From Macrostomum lignano (Eukaryota): a DNA stretch of 64,000 nucleotides. How positions within the stretch are numbered: the first letter of the stretch is position 1; every line of letters begins with the position of its first letter. The position numbers were made by a program, and so were the translations under genes. The stretch lies in contig NIVC01001380.1 in the NCBI GenBank assembly GCA_002269645.1, forward strand, positions 124,001 to 188,000. The letters are read 5' to 3'. The notes under the pieces are model-generated. The model worked only from the letters and a program-made list of their open reading frames with translations, was not told where the DNA came from and searched no databases. Shown here piece by piece: positions 25,658-39,070 of the stretch.

Positions 25658-26854
25658 AGTTGTCAGTTTAAATCATGTTATTATAGTCAGGCAGCCCTCG
25701 AGCTGTAAATTCAGAATCCAGAAAAGAAAAGGCCAAGAAAGCCAGCACAGGAAGTCGGCAGTTGAAGTCCGGCCTTGACGAAGAAGGAGTCGTTAAAAAA
25801 GCCACAGCCAAAAAAATGGCTCGGAAGTGACAATGCAAAGTCGTTAAAGAAAACATTTTATTAACTATTTTAATCCGCTTGCTGCTACTGCAAGCAGAAA
25901 AGAATCAAATTTGCACACAGGAGGCAGCTGAGGAGTGAGCGTCATTAAAATCGAAGGAGGAGAAAGCTTGGGAAAAAAGGCAAACACGTCTTAAACACAG
26001 AATATTGGATATCATAAATTCAGGCTTACCCAAACTGGTAATTCACCATAAATCATTTTTCCTCAATGCGCATCTGCGTTGAGAATGCGAATATTTCTAC
26101 CTATACTCCTTGGTCTTGACTTTATGTTGTTGTTTAGAACTAAATTGAAAATATCTCACCTTCTGGACTGGAATTTCTAATTTAGCTGTCCATGAAACTT
26201 ACCAAAGACCTCAGTTGCTTGCGGCACGGCACGTATTAAGCAGTCTAAATGCAATTTCGCTTAGCTAACAATCCTTAGAAACCCTCCAATTCTTTTTGGC
26301 ATTCATCGCAGCGCTGCCTAAGCATCACGCACTGCTCTTATTTGTGCTGTTTTACTATCTAAATCCTTTTTCTACACAGTTTTAAACGAACCAAGTTGTG
26401 ACCCTTGACATCGCTGGGCGCGTGTTAAGTGTATCAGAAACTGTGCGCCTCACTGGCCTCAATTTAAGAGTATCAGTGCTTTTTTTCTCTCTTCTGTGTT
26501 TCTATACTAGCGCCATGGCTCGTTAGGTGACAGATTACTCGCTTCAAGGCGGGCGAGTGGGTAATTTCAGTGTCTAAGAAGATGACGCTCCAGTTCTCGT
26601 TACCTTTGCTCAGCTCGCTTCTTAATTGTTTTCCTTCTACTCGTAATCAAGCGAATGGCGTTGCTTTTCACGCTTTTCTCTAGAATCTGATACGAGTATT
26701 CTGTCTCTGAGCAGGCTGTCTTTTTTTCTCTATTCTGTTAACGCCATTGTTAGCCGTATAACATATATCACAATTTATAACTAATACTGTTTATATATTC
26801 TAGGCTAGTTTAGGGTTCAGCTTAGGATGGCTTAGCTGTAGCAGTATGTAGCTA

Positions 26855-27605
26855 TCGGCGCCTTTCCTGGTTGCCTTGGCGCCTTTCCTGGTTGCCTTGG
26901 CGCCTTTCCTGGTTGCCTTGGCGCCTTTCCTGGTTGCCTTGGCGCCTTTCCTGGTTGCCTTGGCGCCTTTCCTGGTTGCCTTGGCGCCTTCCCTGGTTGC
27001 TATCGGCGCCTTTCTTGGTTGCCTCTTGGCGCCTTTCCTGGTTGCTATCGGCGCCTTTCCTGGTTGCCTCTTGGCGCCTTTCCTGGTTGCCTCTTGGCGC
27101 CTTTCCTGGTTGCTATCGGCGCCTTTCCTGGTTGCTATCGGCGCCTTTCCTGGTTGCTATCGGCGCCTTCCCTGGTTGCTATCGGCGCGTTTCCTGGTTG
27201 CCTCTTGGCGCCTTCCCTGGTTGCTATCGGCGCCTTTCCTGGTTGCCTCTTGGCGCCTTCCCTGGTTGCCTTGGCGCCTTTCCTGGTTGCCTCTTGGCGC
27301 CTTTCCTGGTTGCCTTGGCATCTTTCCTGGTTGCTTCTTGGCGCCTTTCCTGGTTGCCTTGGCGCCTTTCTGGTTGCCTCTTGGCGCCTTCCCTGGTTGC
27401 CTCTTGGCGCCTTTCTTGGTTGCCTCTTGGCGCCTTTCTGGTTGCCTCTTGGCGCCTTCCCTGGTTGCTTTTGGCGCCTTCCCTGGTTGCTTTTGGCGCC
27501 TTCCCTTGTTGCTTTTGGCACCTTCCCTTGTTGCTTTTGGCGCCTTCCCTGGTTGCTTTTGGCACCTTCCCTTGTTGCTTTTGGCGCTTTCCCTGGTTGC
27601 CTTTC
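26855..27605. repeat. 21/24-bp minisatellite with GGCGCC core (GGCGCCTTTCCTGGTTGCCTT)
   Basis: tandem copies. Confidence 0.95.
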
Positions 27606-28384
27606 GCACCTTCTCTCGTTGACTCTTGCGCTTTTCCAGTGTTTCTTCCCGATGTCTTCCGGATGATCATCGCAAAAATTAGTGGAACACAGTTTGTTTG
27701 ATCAGTATAACGCAGCTACTCAAGAGACAGTGGAATTTGTGCTGGTATCCTGCTGTGATCTTAAAGTGTTTGCCATAAGCGCGTTGCCAGGCCTCGAACT
27801 TATTGCAACTGTCAAATTAAAGCGAGTTAAAACAAAAAATCTTGCAGTTGGTAAAACAAACAGTTGGCCTAAAACCCGAAGACTTTTTTTTAATATTTGA
27901 CAGTGTGGCCATGAAGTTTAGTGCAGTTGATTATTGATGGTTCCCTTTTTTGTCCAACTTAAAACACCTGCTTAATTTTGCTAGCCTTTCACGGGCGGCA
28001 CGGAACCCCTTTTACCTACCGCGAAGAAATTGTTCTCAAGCAAATAAAGAAAGTTCAATGAATGCTTTGTTTAATCCGGCTGTTTGAAATAAGTGATTTT
28101 ATTGAGTTGCTCGGGCGCGTGACAAATTGTGTGATTGTTTGAAGCTGGGGGGAATTTCTCACTTGATGCGAATTTTTATCTCACAACTATCGCCTAATGG
28201 CTTGGGGACAGATAATATCGAGCGCTGTTCTCTGCTTGGGAAGTTTTTCTTGTCTACAAAAGTTGCCAGAATGGGAATGGCTGTGAAGGGAAGTGTGAAG
28301 AATAGAGAAAGACAATGAGAAAGAAGGGGAGACAAAAAATGGAGAGGGGGAGAGGAGGCAGAGAGGTAGACAGTGGAGAGACTG

Positions 28385-29190
28385 AGGACGGTGAGAGGGA
28401 GACAGAGGAGACAGATAGGGAGATAGAGGAGACAGAGAGGGAGACAGAGGAGACAGAGAGGGAGACAGAGGAGACAGAGAGGTAGACAGAGGAGACAGAG
28501 AGGGAGACAGAGGAGACAGAGGAGACAGAGAGGGAGATAGAGGAGATGGAGAAGACAGAGAAGACAGAGAGGGAGACAGAGGAGACAGATAGGGAGACAG
28601 AGGAGACAGAGAGGGAGATAGAGGAGATGGAGAAGACAGAGAAGACAGAGAGGGAGACGGAGGAGACAGAGAGGGAGACAGAGGAGACAGAGAGGGAGAC
28701 AGAGGAGACAGATAGGGAGACAGAGGAGACAGAGAGGGAGACAGAGGAGACAGATAGGGAGACAGAGGAGACAGATAGGGAGACAGAGGAGACAGAGAGG
28801 GAGATAGAGGAGATGGAGAAGACAGAGAAGACAGAGAGGGAGACGGAGGAGACAGAGAAGGAGACAAAGGAGACAGAGAGGGAGACAGAGGAGACAAAGA
28901 GGGAGATAGAGGAGATGGAGAAGACAGAGAGGGAGACGGAGGAGACAGAGAAGGAGACAAAGGAGACAGAGAGGGAGACAGAGGAGACAGAGAAGGAGAC
29001 AGAGGAGACAGAGAGGGAGACAGAGGAGACAGATAGGGAGACAGAGGAGACGGAGAGGGAGACAGAGGAGACAGATAGGGAGACAGAGGAGACGGAGAGG
29101 GAGACAGATAGGGAGACAGAGGAGACAGAGAGGGAGATAGAGGAGACAGAGAAGTAGACAAAGGAGACAGAGAGGGAGACAAAGGAGACA
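28385..29190. repeat. Purine-rich GAGACAGAG-based repeat
   Basis: 9/12/21-bp units; source of the ETE and LCL ORFs. Confidence 0.9.
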
Positions 29191-30159
29191 GAGAAGGGTA
29201 ATGGAGCAGTGGACGGGAAGACAGAGGCAGAGGATGTAGCGATAGGGAAGCAGGTGAGGGAGAAAGGAGTAGGACAATTATGCAGGTATTTTTTATCCCA
29301 TCAATAAAAAGCCACCCAGCGTCAAAAAAGAAGCGAGAGAGACTAAGCGCAGAAAAGTGAGCCACCGCAGTTTGATAGAATTAAATTGTTCAAACTGCGT
29401 TAATGTCACGTTTTCATCTCGTTCGAAGAACTCGTTTTTAACACTTGGTTAGCAGAGTCTCTTTTGTCTGCACGAGTTTACCAGTAAGTAGATAGGCTCT
29501 AAGTTTTTAATTCGTCTATTTATCAGTCTGCAGTGCTGCTTCTATTTTGTTTTAAATAGATACGGTTGTGTTCACAATGCCCCCTCCCCCGTTTGAAAAC
29601 TTTGCTTGCTTGAGTTTTTGTGGTTGGAGTGGCGACACATGCTGCTGGGTATATGCCATCCTTTTTTCTCATTTCATTTCATTATTCTTTCCTCTGGCTC
29701 TCTCTCTCTCTCTCTCTCTCTGACCAGATCGTGCTCTCTGGATGAATTTTTGATTCTAATATTGCTCTGCATCTGTCCACAGCCTGGGCGCGACATTTTG
29801 TCTGGGGGCGATTCCTGAGTTGATGCTGCTCTGCTCTTGTGGACAATTAACACACACACACACACCTGAAATTTGATGCAGCACTGAGAGTATGAGTGAG
29901 AGAGAGAGAGAGAGGGCTTACAGCTAGGCTTACAGCTTGTATCTAAGTTTTAAATTGATTGTGTCTGTAATAAGGAAGCGACTTCAACTGCAATTTCAAT
30001 GATTGACTAAGTCCAGTTGGAATTCCAACGCTAGCTGGGCACATAGTGGGCGGGGCATGTAGGGTCATTTCGGGGCCCGCGCCCACCGACCAATTTCAAC
30101 TAATATCAGTAGCTCAACTTTTGCCACCTCTTGGAGGAAGCCATTCACCAGCCTAAGCG

Positions 30160-30885
30160 ACAGGGGGCGCCAACCAAGAGACAGGGGCGCCAACCAAGAG
30201 ACAGGGGGCGCCAACCAAGAGACAGGGGGCGCCAACCAAGAGACAGGGGGCGCCAACCAAGAGACAGGGGCGCCAACCAAGAGACAGGGGGCGCCAACCA
30301 AGAGACAGGGGGCGCCAACCAAGAGACAGGGGGCGCCAACCAAGAGACAGGGGGCGCCAACCAAGCGCGACAGGGGGCGCCAACCAAGAGACAGGGGGCG
30401 CCAACCAAGCGCGACAGGGGGCGCCAACCAAGAGACAGGGAGGCGCCAACCAAGAGACAGAGGCGCCAACCAAGAGACAGGGGGCGCCAACCAAGAGACA
30501 GGGGGCGCCAACCAAGAGACAGGGGGCGCCAACCAAGAGACAGGGGGCGCCAACCAAGAGACAGGGGGCGCCAACCAAGAGACAGGGGGCGCCAACCAAG
30601 AGACAGGGGGCGCCAACCAAGAGACAGGGGGCGCCAACCAAGCGCGACAGGGGGCGCCAACCAAGAGACAGGGGGCGCCAACCAAGCGCGACAGGGGGCG
30701 CCAACCAAGAGACAGGGAGGCGCCAACCAAGAGACAGAGGCGCCAACCAAGAGACAGGGGGCGCCAACCAAGAGACAGGGGGCGCCAACCAAGAGACAGG
30801 GGGCGCCAACCAAGAGACAGGGGGCGCCAACCAAGCGACAGGGGGCGCCAACCAAGAGACAGTGGCGCCAACCAAGAGACAGGGG
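30160..30885. repeat. 21-bp minisatellite with GGCGCC core (GACAGGGGGCGCCAACCAAGA)
   Basis: ~33 copies. Confidence 0.95.
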
Positions 30886-31194
30886 CACTCATTAAAACAC
30901 CAAATATTTATGCGTGTGTTTGTTTTCCTAAAAAGCTGAATAATAAGGTGTGGAATGTTAAGTAGAAAACTTATGCCATTATATTCATTTATATTAAAAC
31001 AATAATATAAATGATAAAGAAATAATAACATACATATTTTTGTATGTTTTAAAACTGTATTATCTCTTATTGATTTCTCTAACCGGATTTTAGGCTTGTA
31101 CAGGAAATTATCATAATTTCTAAGGGAATCGCTTGTTCAAATAAAATTAGTCAATATTTATGTTTTGGCTTGTTGCCAATACAATTAGGAATCC

Positions 31195-32280
31195 ATAATG
31201 GAAGATAGAACAGCTAGAATCGGAGATAGAACAGCCATAATGGGAGATAGAAGAGACAGAATGGGAGATAGAACAGACAGAATGGGAGATAGAACAGACA
31301 GAATGGGAGATAGAACAGACAGAATGGGAGATAGAACAGACAGAATCGGAGATAGAACAGCCATAATGGGAGATAGAAGAGACAGAATGGGAGATAGAAC
31401 AGACAGAATGGGAGATAGAACAGACAGAATGGGAGATAGAACAGCCAGAATGGGAGATAGAACAGCCATAATGGGAGATAGAACAGCTAGAATCGGAGAT
31501 AGAACAGCTAGAATGGGAGATAGAACAGATAATGGGAGATAGAACAGCCAGAATGGGAGATAGAACAGCTAGAATGGGAGATAGAACAGCTAGAATGGGA
31601 GATAGAACAGCTATAATGGGAGATAGAACAGCCAGAATGGGAGATAGAACAGCTAGAATGGGAGATAGAACAGCTAGAATGGGAGATAGAACAGCTAGAA
31701 TGGGAGATAGAACAGCTAAAATGGGAGATAGAACAGCTATAATGGGAGATAGAACAGCTATAATGGGAGATAGAACAGCTAGAATCGGAGATAGAACAGC
31801 TAGAATGGGAGATAGAACAGCCATAATGGGAGATAGAACAGCCATAATGGGAGATAGAACAGCTAGAATGGGAGATAGAACAGCCATAATGGGAGATAGA
31901 ACAGCCATAATGGGAGATAGAACAGCCATAATGGGAGATAGAACAGCCAGAATGGGAGATAGAACAGCTAGAATGGGAGATAGAACAGACAGAATGGGAG
32001 ATAGAACAGCCATAATGGGAGATAGAACAGCTAGAATGGGAGATAGAACAGACAGAATGGGAGATAGAACAGCCATAATGGGAGATAGAACAGCTAGAAT
32101 GGGAGATAGAACAGACAGAATGGGAGATAGAACAGCCATAATGGGAGATAGAACAGCCATAATGGGAGATAGAACAGCCATAATGGGAGATAGAACAGCC
32201 ATAATGGGAGATAGAACAGCCATAATGGGAGATAGAACAGCCATAATTTGAGATAGAACAGCCATAATGGGAGATAGTAC
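31195..32280. repeat. 21-bp minisatellite (ATGGGAGATAGAACAGCCATA)
   Basis: ~50 copies; source of the MGDRTAI ORF. Confidence 0.95.
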
Positions 32281-32884
32281 TATAATTAAGTTTAAAGCAC
32301 TGTTCTGCACTTTATTAAAATCGCCCCTAGAATAAATATGCCTGAATTTGCAGTATGTTCAATTCATTAAATTTGAGAACAAGTGAGCGATAGGAGAAGC
32401 GAGAGATGACAGATTAGATATAAAATTGCCAAACAGAAAATTGTCAAACACACACGCGACACTGCTACCTGTTCAGCTAGTTAATCAGCTTGTCAGAGAA
32501 ATTGTTTTATTAAAACAAACTAGACCTAACTGACTGCGATTGAACGGATTCCTACTAAATTACTCTTTAACCAAATCTTGTTCTCTTATCTGCTCAGCAA
32601 TTTGAGCAGCTAATTTTGATTTCTAATAAGGGACTCTCTTTCTCTTTCAGCGCGATAAAAAGCATAAAAAACTATATTGAAATCATGCCTGTCTGCTTAT
32701 CTTTAGTCAGCAGTGCTGCTCTGGCATTCTTTGTGGCTGTTAATTATTCGAAATTGAAATCTTTTTAATTTTATTGCCTGGCTAGTATTTTAGTAATTTT
32801 GCACCTGCTGGGTCTGCTTTTGATAGCGCAACTTTATAGCTTAATCAATGGCGCCTCTTTAAAGCAATTGGCTTTCATTGGCCA

Positions 32885-33215
32885 TCTAGGTGGGGCTACT
32901 TGTGGCGCCTGTTTTGTTTTACATCTAAGTGGCGCCTGTTTTACATCTAGGTGGCGCTACTTGTGGCGCCTGTTTTGTTTTACATCTAAGTGGCGCCTGT
33001 TTTACATCTAAGTGGCGCTACTTGTGGCGCCTGTTTTGTTTTACATCTAAGTGGCGCTACTTGTGGCGCCTGTTTTGTTTTACATCTAAGTGGCGCTACT
33101 TGTGGCGCCTGTTTTGTTTTACATCTAAGTGGCGCTACTTGTGGCGCCTGTTTTACATCTAGGTGGCGCTACTTGTGGCGCCTATTTTACATCTAGGTGG
33201 CGCTACTTGTGGCAC
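32885..33215. repeat. 39-bp minisatellite with GGCGCC/GGCGCT cores
   Basis: TGGCGCTACTTGTGGCGCCTGTTTTGTTTTACATCTAAG units. Confidence 0.9.
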
Positions 33216-33685
33216 CTTTTTGGCGCTAAACTTTGACGCAATTTTTAGTTAATTTCAGTTCCATTTGTGTCAGCTAAATACAGGCAGAAAGGCAGAAATT
33301 AAGGGCCTTGGCTAAACCCAAGGAACACAAAAAACAATTGGTTTGTGTGTGCACACTGATTTCGGTGGTCGGTATTTAATGTTCCATAAAGAGACACTCT
33401 GACCTTTGTATTCTTTTGCAGCAATTAAAGACTGTATACTGTATAGCTAGAGAAACCATACTGACTTTGCCCACACCTGATGCAAGCTGTCTATCAAATA
33501 TTGTGGCTTAATCGGATTCAACTTTCTCTTGCATATTGGCTTCATTTATCTGTTCAAAGAAAGTTAAAACCTTAGGCGCTGTCCCATTGTTGATATTGCA
33601 TGCCTTCAAATAAACAGATTGCATTAAACAAAGAATTAAATGACGTTAAAAACTCAATCAACACGGATAAAGAAAAGAATTTCCG

Positions 33686-33936
<251 letters not shown>

Positions 33937-34696
33937 AGGACAGGAAGACTGAAATGATCTCGCAATATCGTTATAAAGCTAGCAGTGGGACTCCAGATTT
34001 CATTAATAATTTTGTAAGCAGCACTTTTTACACGCGCAGAAACATTTTCAACAAGTTTAATCAATGTTGAATTAATATTTATATTTCATATTCGTATACT
34101 CATATGCACTTGATAGTTTTGGGTAGGCAATGTGCACAATTAAAGGCAGAAATTTTGTTCATTTGTGACAGTGTTAATTACAATTCCATTAATATGCGAT
34201 AGATTCCTATTATAATTATGAACAATAAAATGACTGTTACACACGCTTAGTTAAACAAATAAACAAATTATTAGTTTAAGTACAAATAAAGTCCACGTGG
34301 AGCTAAATTCTTCACCCGCATGGGGGGCTTTAAACAGAAAAATTGATCTAAGTTCTAAGTCATTTGTCTGAACTGACTAGTATTAACAAAACCATTAGAC
34401 ATAATATTAATTAACAATTGATAGCAATGCGACCATTTTCGATAAGCAAGCTAATTTAAAAGTAGATTTTTTTGTACTTTTTTTCAATTAAAAAAGTAAA
34501 AATTAAATATGAAGTTACCTGTTGGATCTGTACAACATTGGGAGCAAGCAATATGATGATGATTTATGAATTATGAAACATTTCTCAGTCTAGATGGACA
34601 GAAACAGGCAGATGTATAAGGACACACGGAGACTTATAATTGTGATATAAGTTTCAGTTTATGTAAAATCATATTTATATCGGTGCATTTGCACCT

Positions 34697-35110
34697 GTGT
34701 GTCTCTGTGTGTTTATGAGTGTGCCTGTGTGTTTATGAGTATGCCTGTGTGTTTATGAGTGTGCCTGTGTGTTTATGACTCATTATGAGTGTGCCTGTGT
34801 GTTTATGAGTGTGCCTGTGTGTTTATGAGTGTGCCTGTGTGTTTATGAGTGTGCCTGTGTGTTTATGAGTGTGCCTGTGTGTTTATGAGTGTGCCTGTGT
34901 GTTTATGAGTGTGCCTGTGTGTTTATGAGTGTGCCTGTGTGTTTATGTGTGTTTATGTGTGTTTATGACTCATTATGAGTGTGCCTGTGTGTTTATGAGT
35001 GTGCCTGTGTGTTTATGAGTGTGCCTGTGTGTTTATGAGTGTGCCTGTGTGTTTATGAGTGTGCCTGTGTGTTTATGAGTGTGCCTGTGTGTTTATGAGT
35101 GTGCATGTGT
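34697..35110. repeat. 20-bp minisatellite (GTGTGCCTGTGTGTTTATGA) just 3' of the Irx stop
   Basis: ~20 copies. Confidence 0.95.
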
Positions 35111-35168
35111 GTTTATGAGTGTGCCTGTGAGTGAGTGAGTGAGCGAGTGAGTGAGTGAGTGTGTTTAA

Positions 35169-36026
35169 TCAATTGCCTGTCGCCTGCTCCATCGCTGGCG
35201 AAGACTTTGGCTCGGGGCTGGCGTCACCAAATCCTGCTGCTCTCGCTGATGATGAGGCGGCGGCCGCAGCTGCCGACCTGCTGCTGCTGCTGTTGAATGC
35301 ATTGAATAGCGAATAATACAACGGGGGCGGCAGGAGCAGCTGATGGTGCGGAGGCGGCGGCGGCATCGGCAGTTTCGCCTGCTGTTGGCTGAAGAATGCG
35401 AACGGCGACGATGGATGATTATTGAGCTGGCCGTGATGCTGGAACTGATGATGAAGATGCTGATGATGCTGATGATGAGGATGGAGAGGCATCGGCGGCA
35501 ACGGCAGCGGCGGCTGCGGCGGCGGAATCTGCAGAGGTCGGTTTTGCTGCGGCCTTGGCTCCGCTTTGTTGAGCGTGTCTACGATGGACCAGATCCTGGG
35601 CTTGGCGACCTTCGCCGCTAGACCATCCTCGCCGTTAGTTGCCGCCGCTGTCGCCGCCTTGTTTGTCGGCGTCGACTTTGTCGATATCTCGTCGATTGGT
35701 CGCTTGCGCTGATTCGTCAAGCTCTCAGGATGCACCGGAAGCCCAGTGGGCGAAGAACTATTATCTTCGACGTAGCCGTCTTGATCATCGCCGAGAGCTC
35801 CCCCGCCGGTCACGTCGATAGCGACACCGTCTTCATCGTCAAAGTCTTCGTCGTCTTCGTCGATGCCTCTGGCAGCAGCAGCGGCGGCGGCAGCGGCAGC
35901 GGCGGCTGTCGAAGTCGCTTCCTCGTCGTCGTCCTCGTCGTCCTCGTCTGGCCGGTTGCGCGGCACCCAGGTCATCTTGTTCTCCTTCTTTAGCCGGCGT
36001 CTCGCGTTGGCGAACCACGTGGACAC
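35169..36026 (-). CDS. Irx: Iroquois exon 4 ([20 protein letters not shown], acidic tract, IRO-box-like [10 protein letters not shown])
   Basis: ctcgccag| acceptor, phase 0; helix 3 plus IRO box; TGA at 35171-35169; whole protein ~524 aa. Confidence 0.95.
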   Translation of the reverse strand: MSTWFANARRRLKKENKMTWVPRNRPDEDDEDDDEEATSTAAAAAAAAAAAARGIDEDDEDFDDEDGVAIDVTGGGALGDDQDGYVEDNSSSPTGLPVHPESLTNQRKRPIDEISTKSTPTNKAATAAATNGEDGLAAKVAKPRIWSIVDTLNKAEPRPQQNRPLQIPPPQPPLPLPPMPLHPHHQHHQHLHHQFQHHGQLNNHPSSPFAFFSQQQAKLPMPPPPPHHQLLLPPPLYYSLFNAFNSSSSRSAAAAAASSSARAAGFGDASPEPKSSPAMEQATGN

Positions 36027-36112
36027 CTGGCGAGGAGTAGGGGTCGCATTTGATTAGTCTTTGATGGGGAGCGCGATGTCAACTTGACGACTTGTTTAAC
36101 TTGATGTGGAGG

Positions 36113-36585
36113 ATAGGGGCAGATGAAGGGGAGGAGAGAGGGGCGGATGAAGGGGAAGAGAGGGGCGGATGAAGGGGAAGAGAGGGGCGGATGAAGGGGA
36201 AGAGAGGGGCGGATGAAGGGGAAGAGAGAGGGGCGGATGAAGGGGAGCAGAGAGGGGCGGATGAAGGGGAAGAGAGGGGCGGATGAAGGGGAAGAGAGGG
36301 GCGGATGAAGGGGAAGAGAGGGGCGGATGAAGGGGAAGAGAGAGGGGCGGATGAAGGGGAAGAGAGAGGGGCGGATGAAGGTGAAGAGAGGGGCGGATGA
36401 AGGTGAAGAGAGGGGCGGATGAAGGTGAAGAGAGGGGCGGATGAAGGGGAAGAGAGGGGCGGATGAAAGGGAAGAGAGAGGGGCGGATGAAGGTGAAGAG
36501 AGGGGCGGATGAAGGGGAAGAGAGGGGCGGATGAAGGTGAAGAGAGGGGCGGATGAAGGGGAAGAGAGGGGCGGATGAAAGGGGT
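36113..36585. repeat. 22-bp minisatellite (GAAGAGAGGGGCGGATGAAGGG), Irx homeobox intron
   Basis: ~21 copies. Confidence 0.9.
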
Positions 36586-37048
36586 AGGAGAGGTGAGCAG
36601 AGAAGTGGGAGGCGATGCATGAAGGGCAGATTGGGGGGGGGGGATTTGATGCGCAGTAAAATATGATTTTGCCGCTATGCCACGGGCTAAATTAGGGCAA
36701 GTGCTGCTGCTGATGCGGCTTCCCACTTGAAAAGATATCGAATAAAATTGTCTGAGAAACTTTCCCTATACCAGTGTATAAAATAACTTTTTAAAGTCGA
36801 TTAACATTTTGAAATAGTTGCTATGCTTAGGGGAATAACGAGACAATAAACACAAGTTGATCGATAGCTAAATGACGGCGTAATTAAGATGGCGCGCAAG
36901 CTGAACGCGGTGAAAAATTCGCAATTTTTTGCTTCTGGCTTATTTTGTTTGTAAAGTAAACTGTATGAACTGCAGCCGGAGCCACGCAGATGCGCAGTTG
37001 CTCTTAGGTAGGGTAATACAATAAGACACGCCCCCCTTAGCAACCAAC

Positions 37049-37392
37049 CTGCGTTAGCGTCATAGTTGTGATAATTGCCAGCATAATCTTCTCTCCCTTA
37101 GTTGGATAGGGATTCTTCTTGTGCTCGTTTAGCCAGGCCTTCAGGATGCTGGTTGTCTCTCTGGTTGCATTCTTCCTGCGGGCGCTGAGATCGCCTCGAT
37201 GATGATGGTGATGATGATGCTGCGGATGATGCGGATGCAGGGGATGCTGGCCGCCGAAGCCGAAGCCACCGCCGCCTCCAATGACTGGAGGTGGGCCGCC
37301 GCCGCCGCCGCCGCTGCCGTACATCGCAGCCAGCATTTGCGGGTCCAGATTGTAGTTGTAGGCCGCTTGTTGAAACTGCCGCCAGTTTTCGG
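37049..37392 (-). CDS. Irx: Iroquois exon 3 (TALE homeodomain 5' part: [44 protein letters not shown])
   Basis: ttatccag| acceptor, phase 1; diagnostic Iroquois homeodomain; |gttggt donor at the Q/V position. Confidence 0.95.
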
Positions 37393-37494
37393 CTGGATAA
37401 ATTAAATGTTTTTTTACCATATAGAATATAAACTTTCTAGGAATTCATGTATTATACGCAATGGATTCTGAATTTACAGAATATGTAATCGAAT

Positions 37495-37850
37495 CTATAA
37501 ATGGTAGACTCTGGAATTGAATATTCTGTGATCTATTCTCTACAGATGGTAGAATCTGAGATTGAATATTCTGTGATCTATTCTCTACAGATGGTGGTAG
37601 ACTTTGGGATTGAATATTCTGTGATCTATTCTCTACAGATAGTAGACTCTGAGATTGAATATTCTGTGATCTACTCTCTACAGATGGTGGTAGACTTTGG
37701 GATTGAATATTCTGTGATCTATTCTCTACAGATAGTAAACTCTGAGATTGAATATTCTGTGATCTACTCTCTACAGATGGTGGTAGACTCTGGGATTGAA
37801 TATTCTGTGATCTACTCTCTACAGATAGTAGACTCTGAGATTGAATATTC
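37495..37850. repeat. 45/48-bp alternating minisatellite, Irx intron 2
   Basis: TGAATATTCTGTGATCTATTCTCTACAGATGGTAGA... units. Confidence 0.9.
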
Positions 37851-37921
37851 CATACTCTGCACCCTACAGAATCCATCCAATAGATGTAGAATTTGATCAA
37901 ACAAAAGTACACTAAACTTAC

Positions 37922-38159
37922 CCAGCGATTCAGTTTGCGGATCCATGGGCAGCAGCGCTGGATGACCATAGGCCCAGCTAGGTAGAGGTGCCAAAGGTGG
38001 CTGCTGCTGCTGTTGTTGTGATATCGGCGGTGGCGGCGGCTGCGGAGAAGAGGTTGGCACTGTTGGCAGGTTGGGCGGCGGTGGGGCAGCCATCTGGGCA
38101 GCGGCCGCCAGTTGAGCAGCGGCGGCGACCGCGGCTGCCGCAGCGGACGAAGGAATCGC
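37922..38159 (-). CDS. Irx: Iroquois exon 2 (Ala/Pro/Gln-rich)
   Basis: gtgcag| acceptor, |gtaagt donor at 37921, phase 0 to 1. Confidence 0.75.
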
Positions 38160-38244
38160 CTGCACATTGCGGATGCAGCGTTAATAAATGAATTCAACTG
38201 ATGGAAAAGTAAAATGCAACACAAAAGAAGCGCCGCAAACTGAC

Positions 38245-38379
38245 CTGCATGTGGTGCTGGTTTAGAAAAGTCATCGGTAGAGACAGAGGCGATTGAGTCT
38301 TCTGACCACCGCCGGGACTTGTCGCCGCAGTCAGCTGACTAACTGCGTATCCGTGACTTGTTGTAGTCGATGTGGCCAT
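38245..38379 (-). CDS. Irx: Iroquois homeobox gene, exon 1 (MATSTTTSHG...QHHMQ)
   Basis: ATG at 38379, |gtcagt donor at 38244, phase 0; joins exon 2 across an 85-nt intron. Confidence 0.65.
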
Positions 38380-38499
38380 TAAACAGTTTGAGAAGGGTTT
38401 AGATGGAGAATTTGTCCTGACAGGTTGTGAATTCTGGTCTGCTGACTCTGCTTGAGAATGATGGAGGTCTGTCTTTCTCGCGCAGTGGCGTCCGTCTGT

Positions 38500-39070
38500 C
38501 TGTGGGGCGGCCCCCGCTCAATTTAAGGCTCTATAATAGTCTGCCACTCCAGTTACCCCAACTCCCTCCCTCCCCACTCTCCACTCTCCTGTCAGCCACC
38601 CCAGCTGTCTCTCAGCGGAGTTGAGGTTGCTGCACCCGTTTGGGGTTGGTTAGATTTTTAATTTTTGCTCTTCAATAGGAGGGTGGGACAGAGGCTTGGG
38701 GGGCAGGGCGCGGCGGTGCGGGTTGGTCGGGGGGTTTGGTTAGAGAAATTCTCTCTCAACGAAAATAACAGGCAACCAACGCTCGTATTTCCGGTTTAGT
38801 TTAGGCTCCCAAAACTGAGGGGTCTCCAGTCTGTCTGGGGGGTTGTCTCCCAACCACTCAAAGCTGGCCCCGCGCTATCCAACCCTCTACCCTCCTCTTA
38901 CCATATAGTTCTTTTTCACCTTAATGCAATTCCTCTGCTTGCAAGAAGCAGAAACCGTTTTTGCAAATATGAGCCATGCACAGCACTTGCAAACCAACCC
39001 GGGCTCTGTCTTTCTCGCTCTCCCATTGGTTGCGACCTCTGGCCGAACAGCCAATGGCAAATGTTTTAGA
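38500..39070 (-). promoter_or_regulatory. Putative Iroquois proximal promoter
   Basis: unique sequence upstream of the ATG with GC-box-like GGGGCGG (~38505), an AT-rich TATA-like element (~38533) and CCAAT motifs (~39025, ~39052); TSS unknown. Confidence 0.35.

Noticed and set aside
25691-25830. Phase-1 candidate alternative terminal exon of GNPAT (SPRAVNSESRKEKAKK...MARK*)
   Set aside because: No homology, and it would truncate the enzyme; compatible with chance
30160-30885. Mad/Medea/Schnurri-type BMP element (GGCGCC-N5-GTCT) array
   Set aside because: Spacing between GGCGCC and GTCT is 4 nt (sometimes 3), not the required 5
37445-38224. 259-aa minus-strand ORF as Irx exon 2
   Set aside because: It runs into the intronic 45/48-mer; the Ala/Pro/Gln frame with the 38159 acceptor gives the correct phase into the homeobox exon
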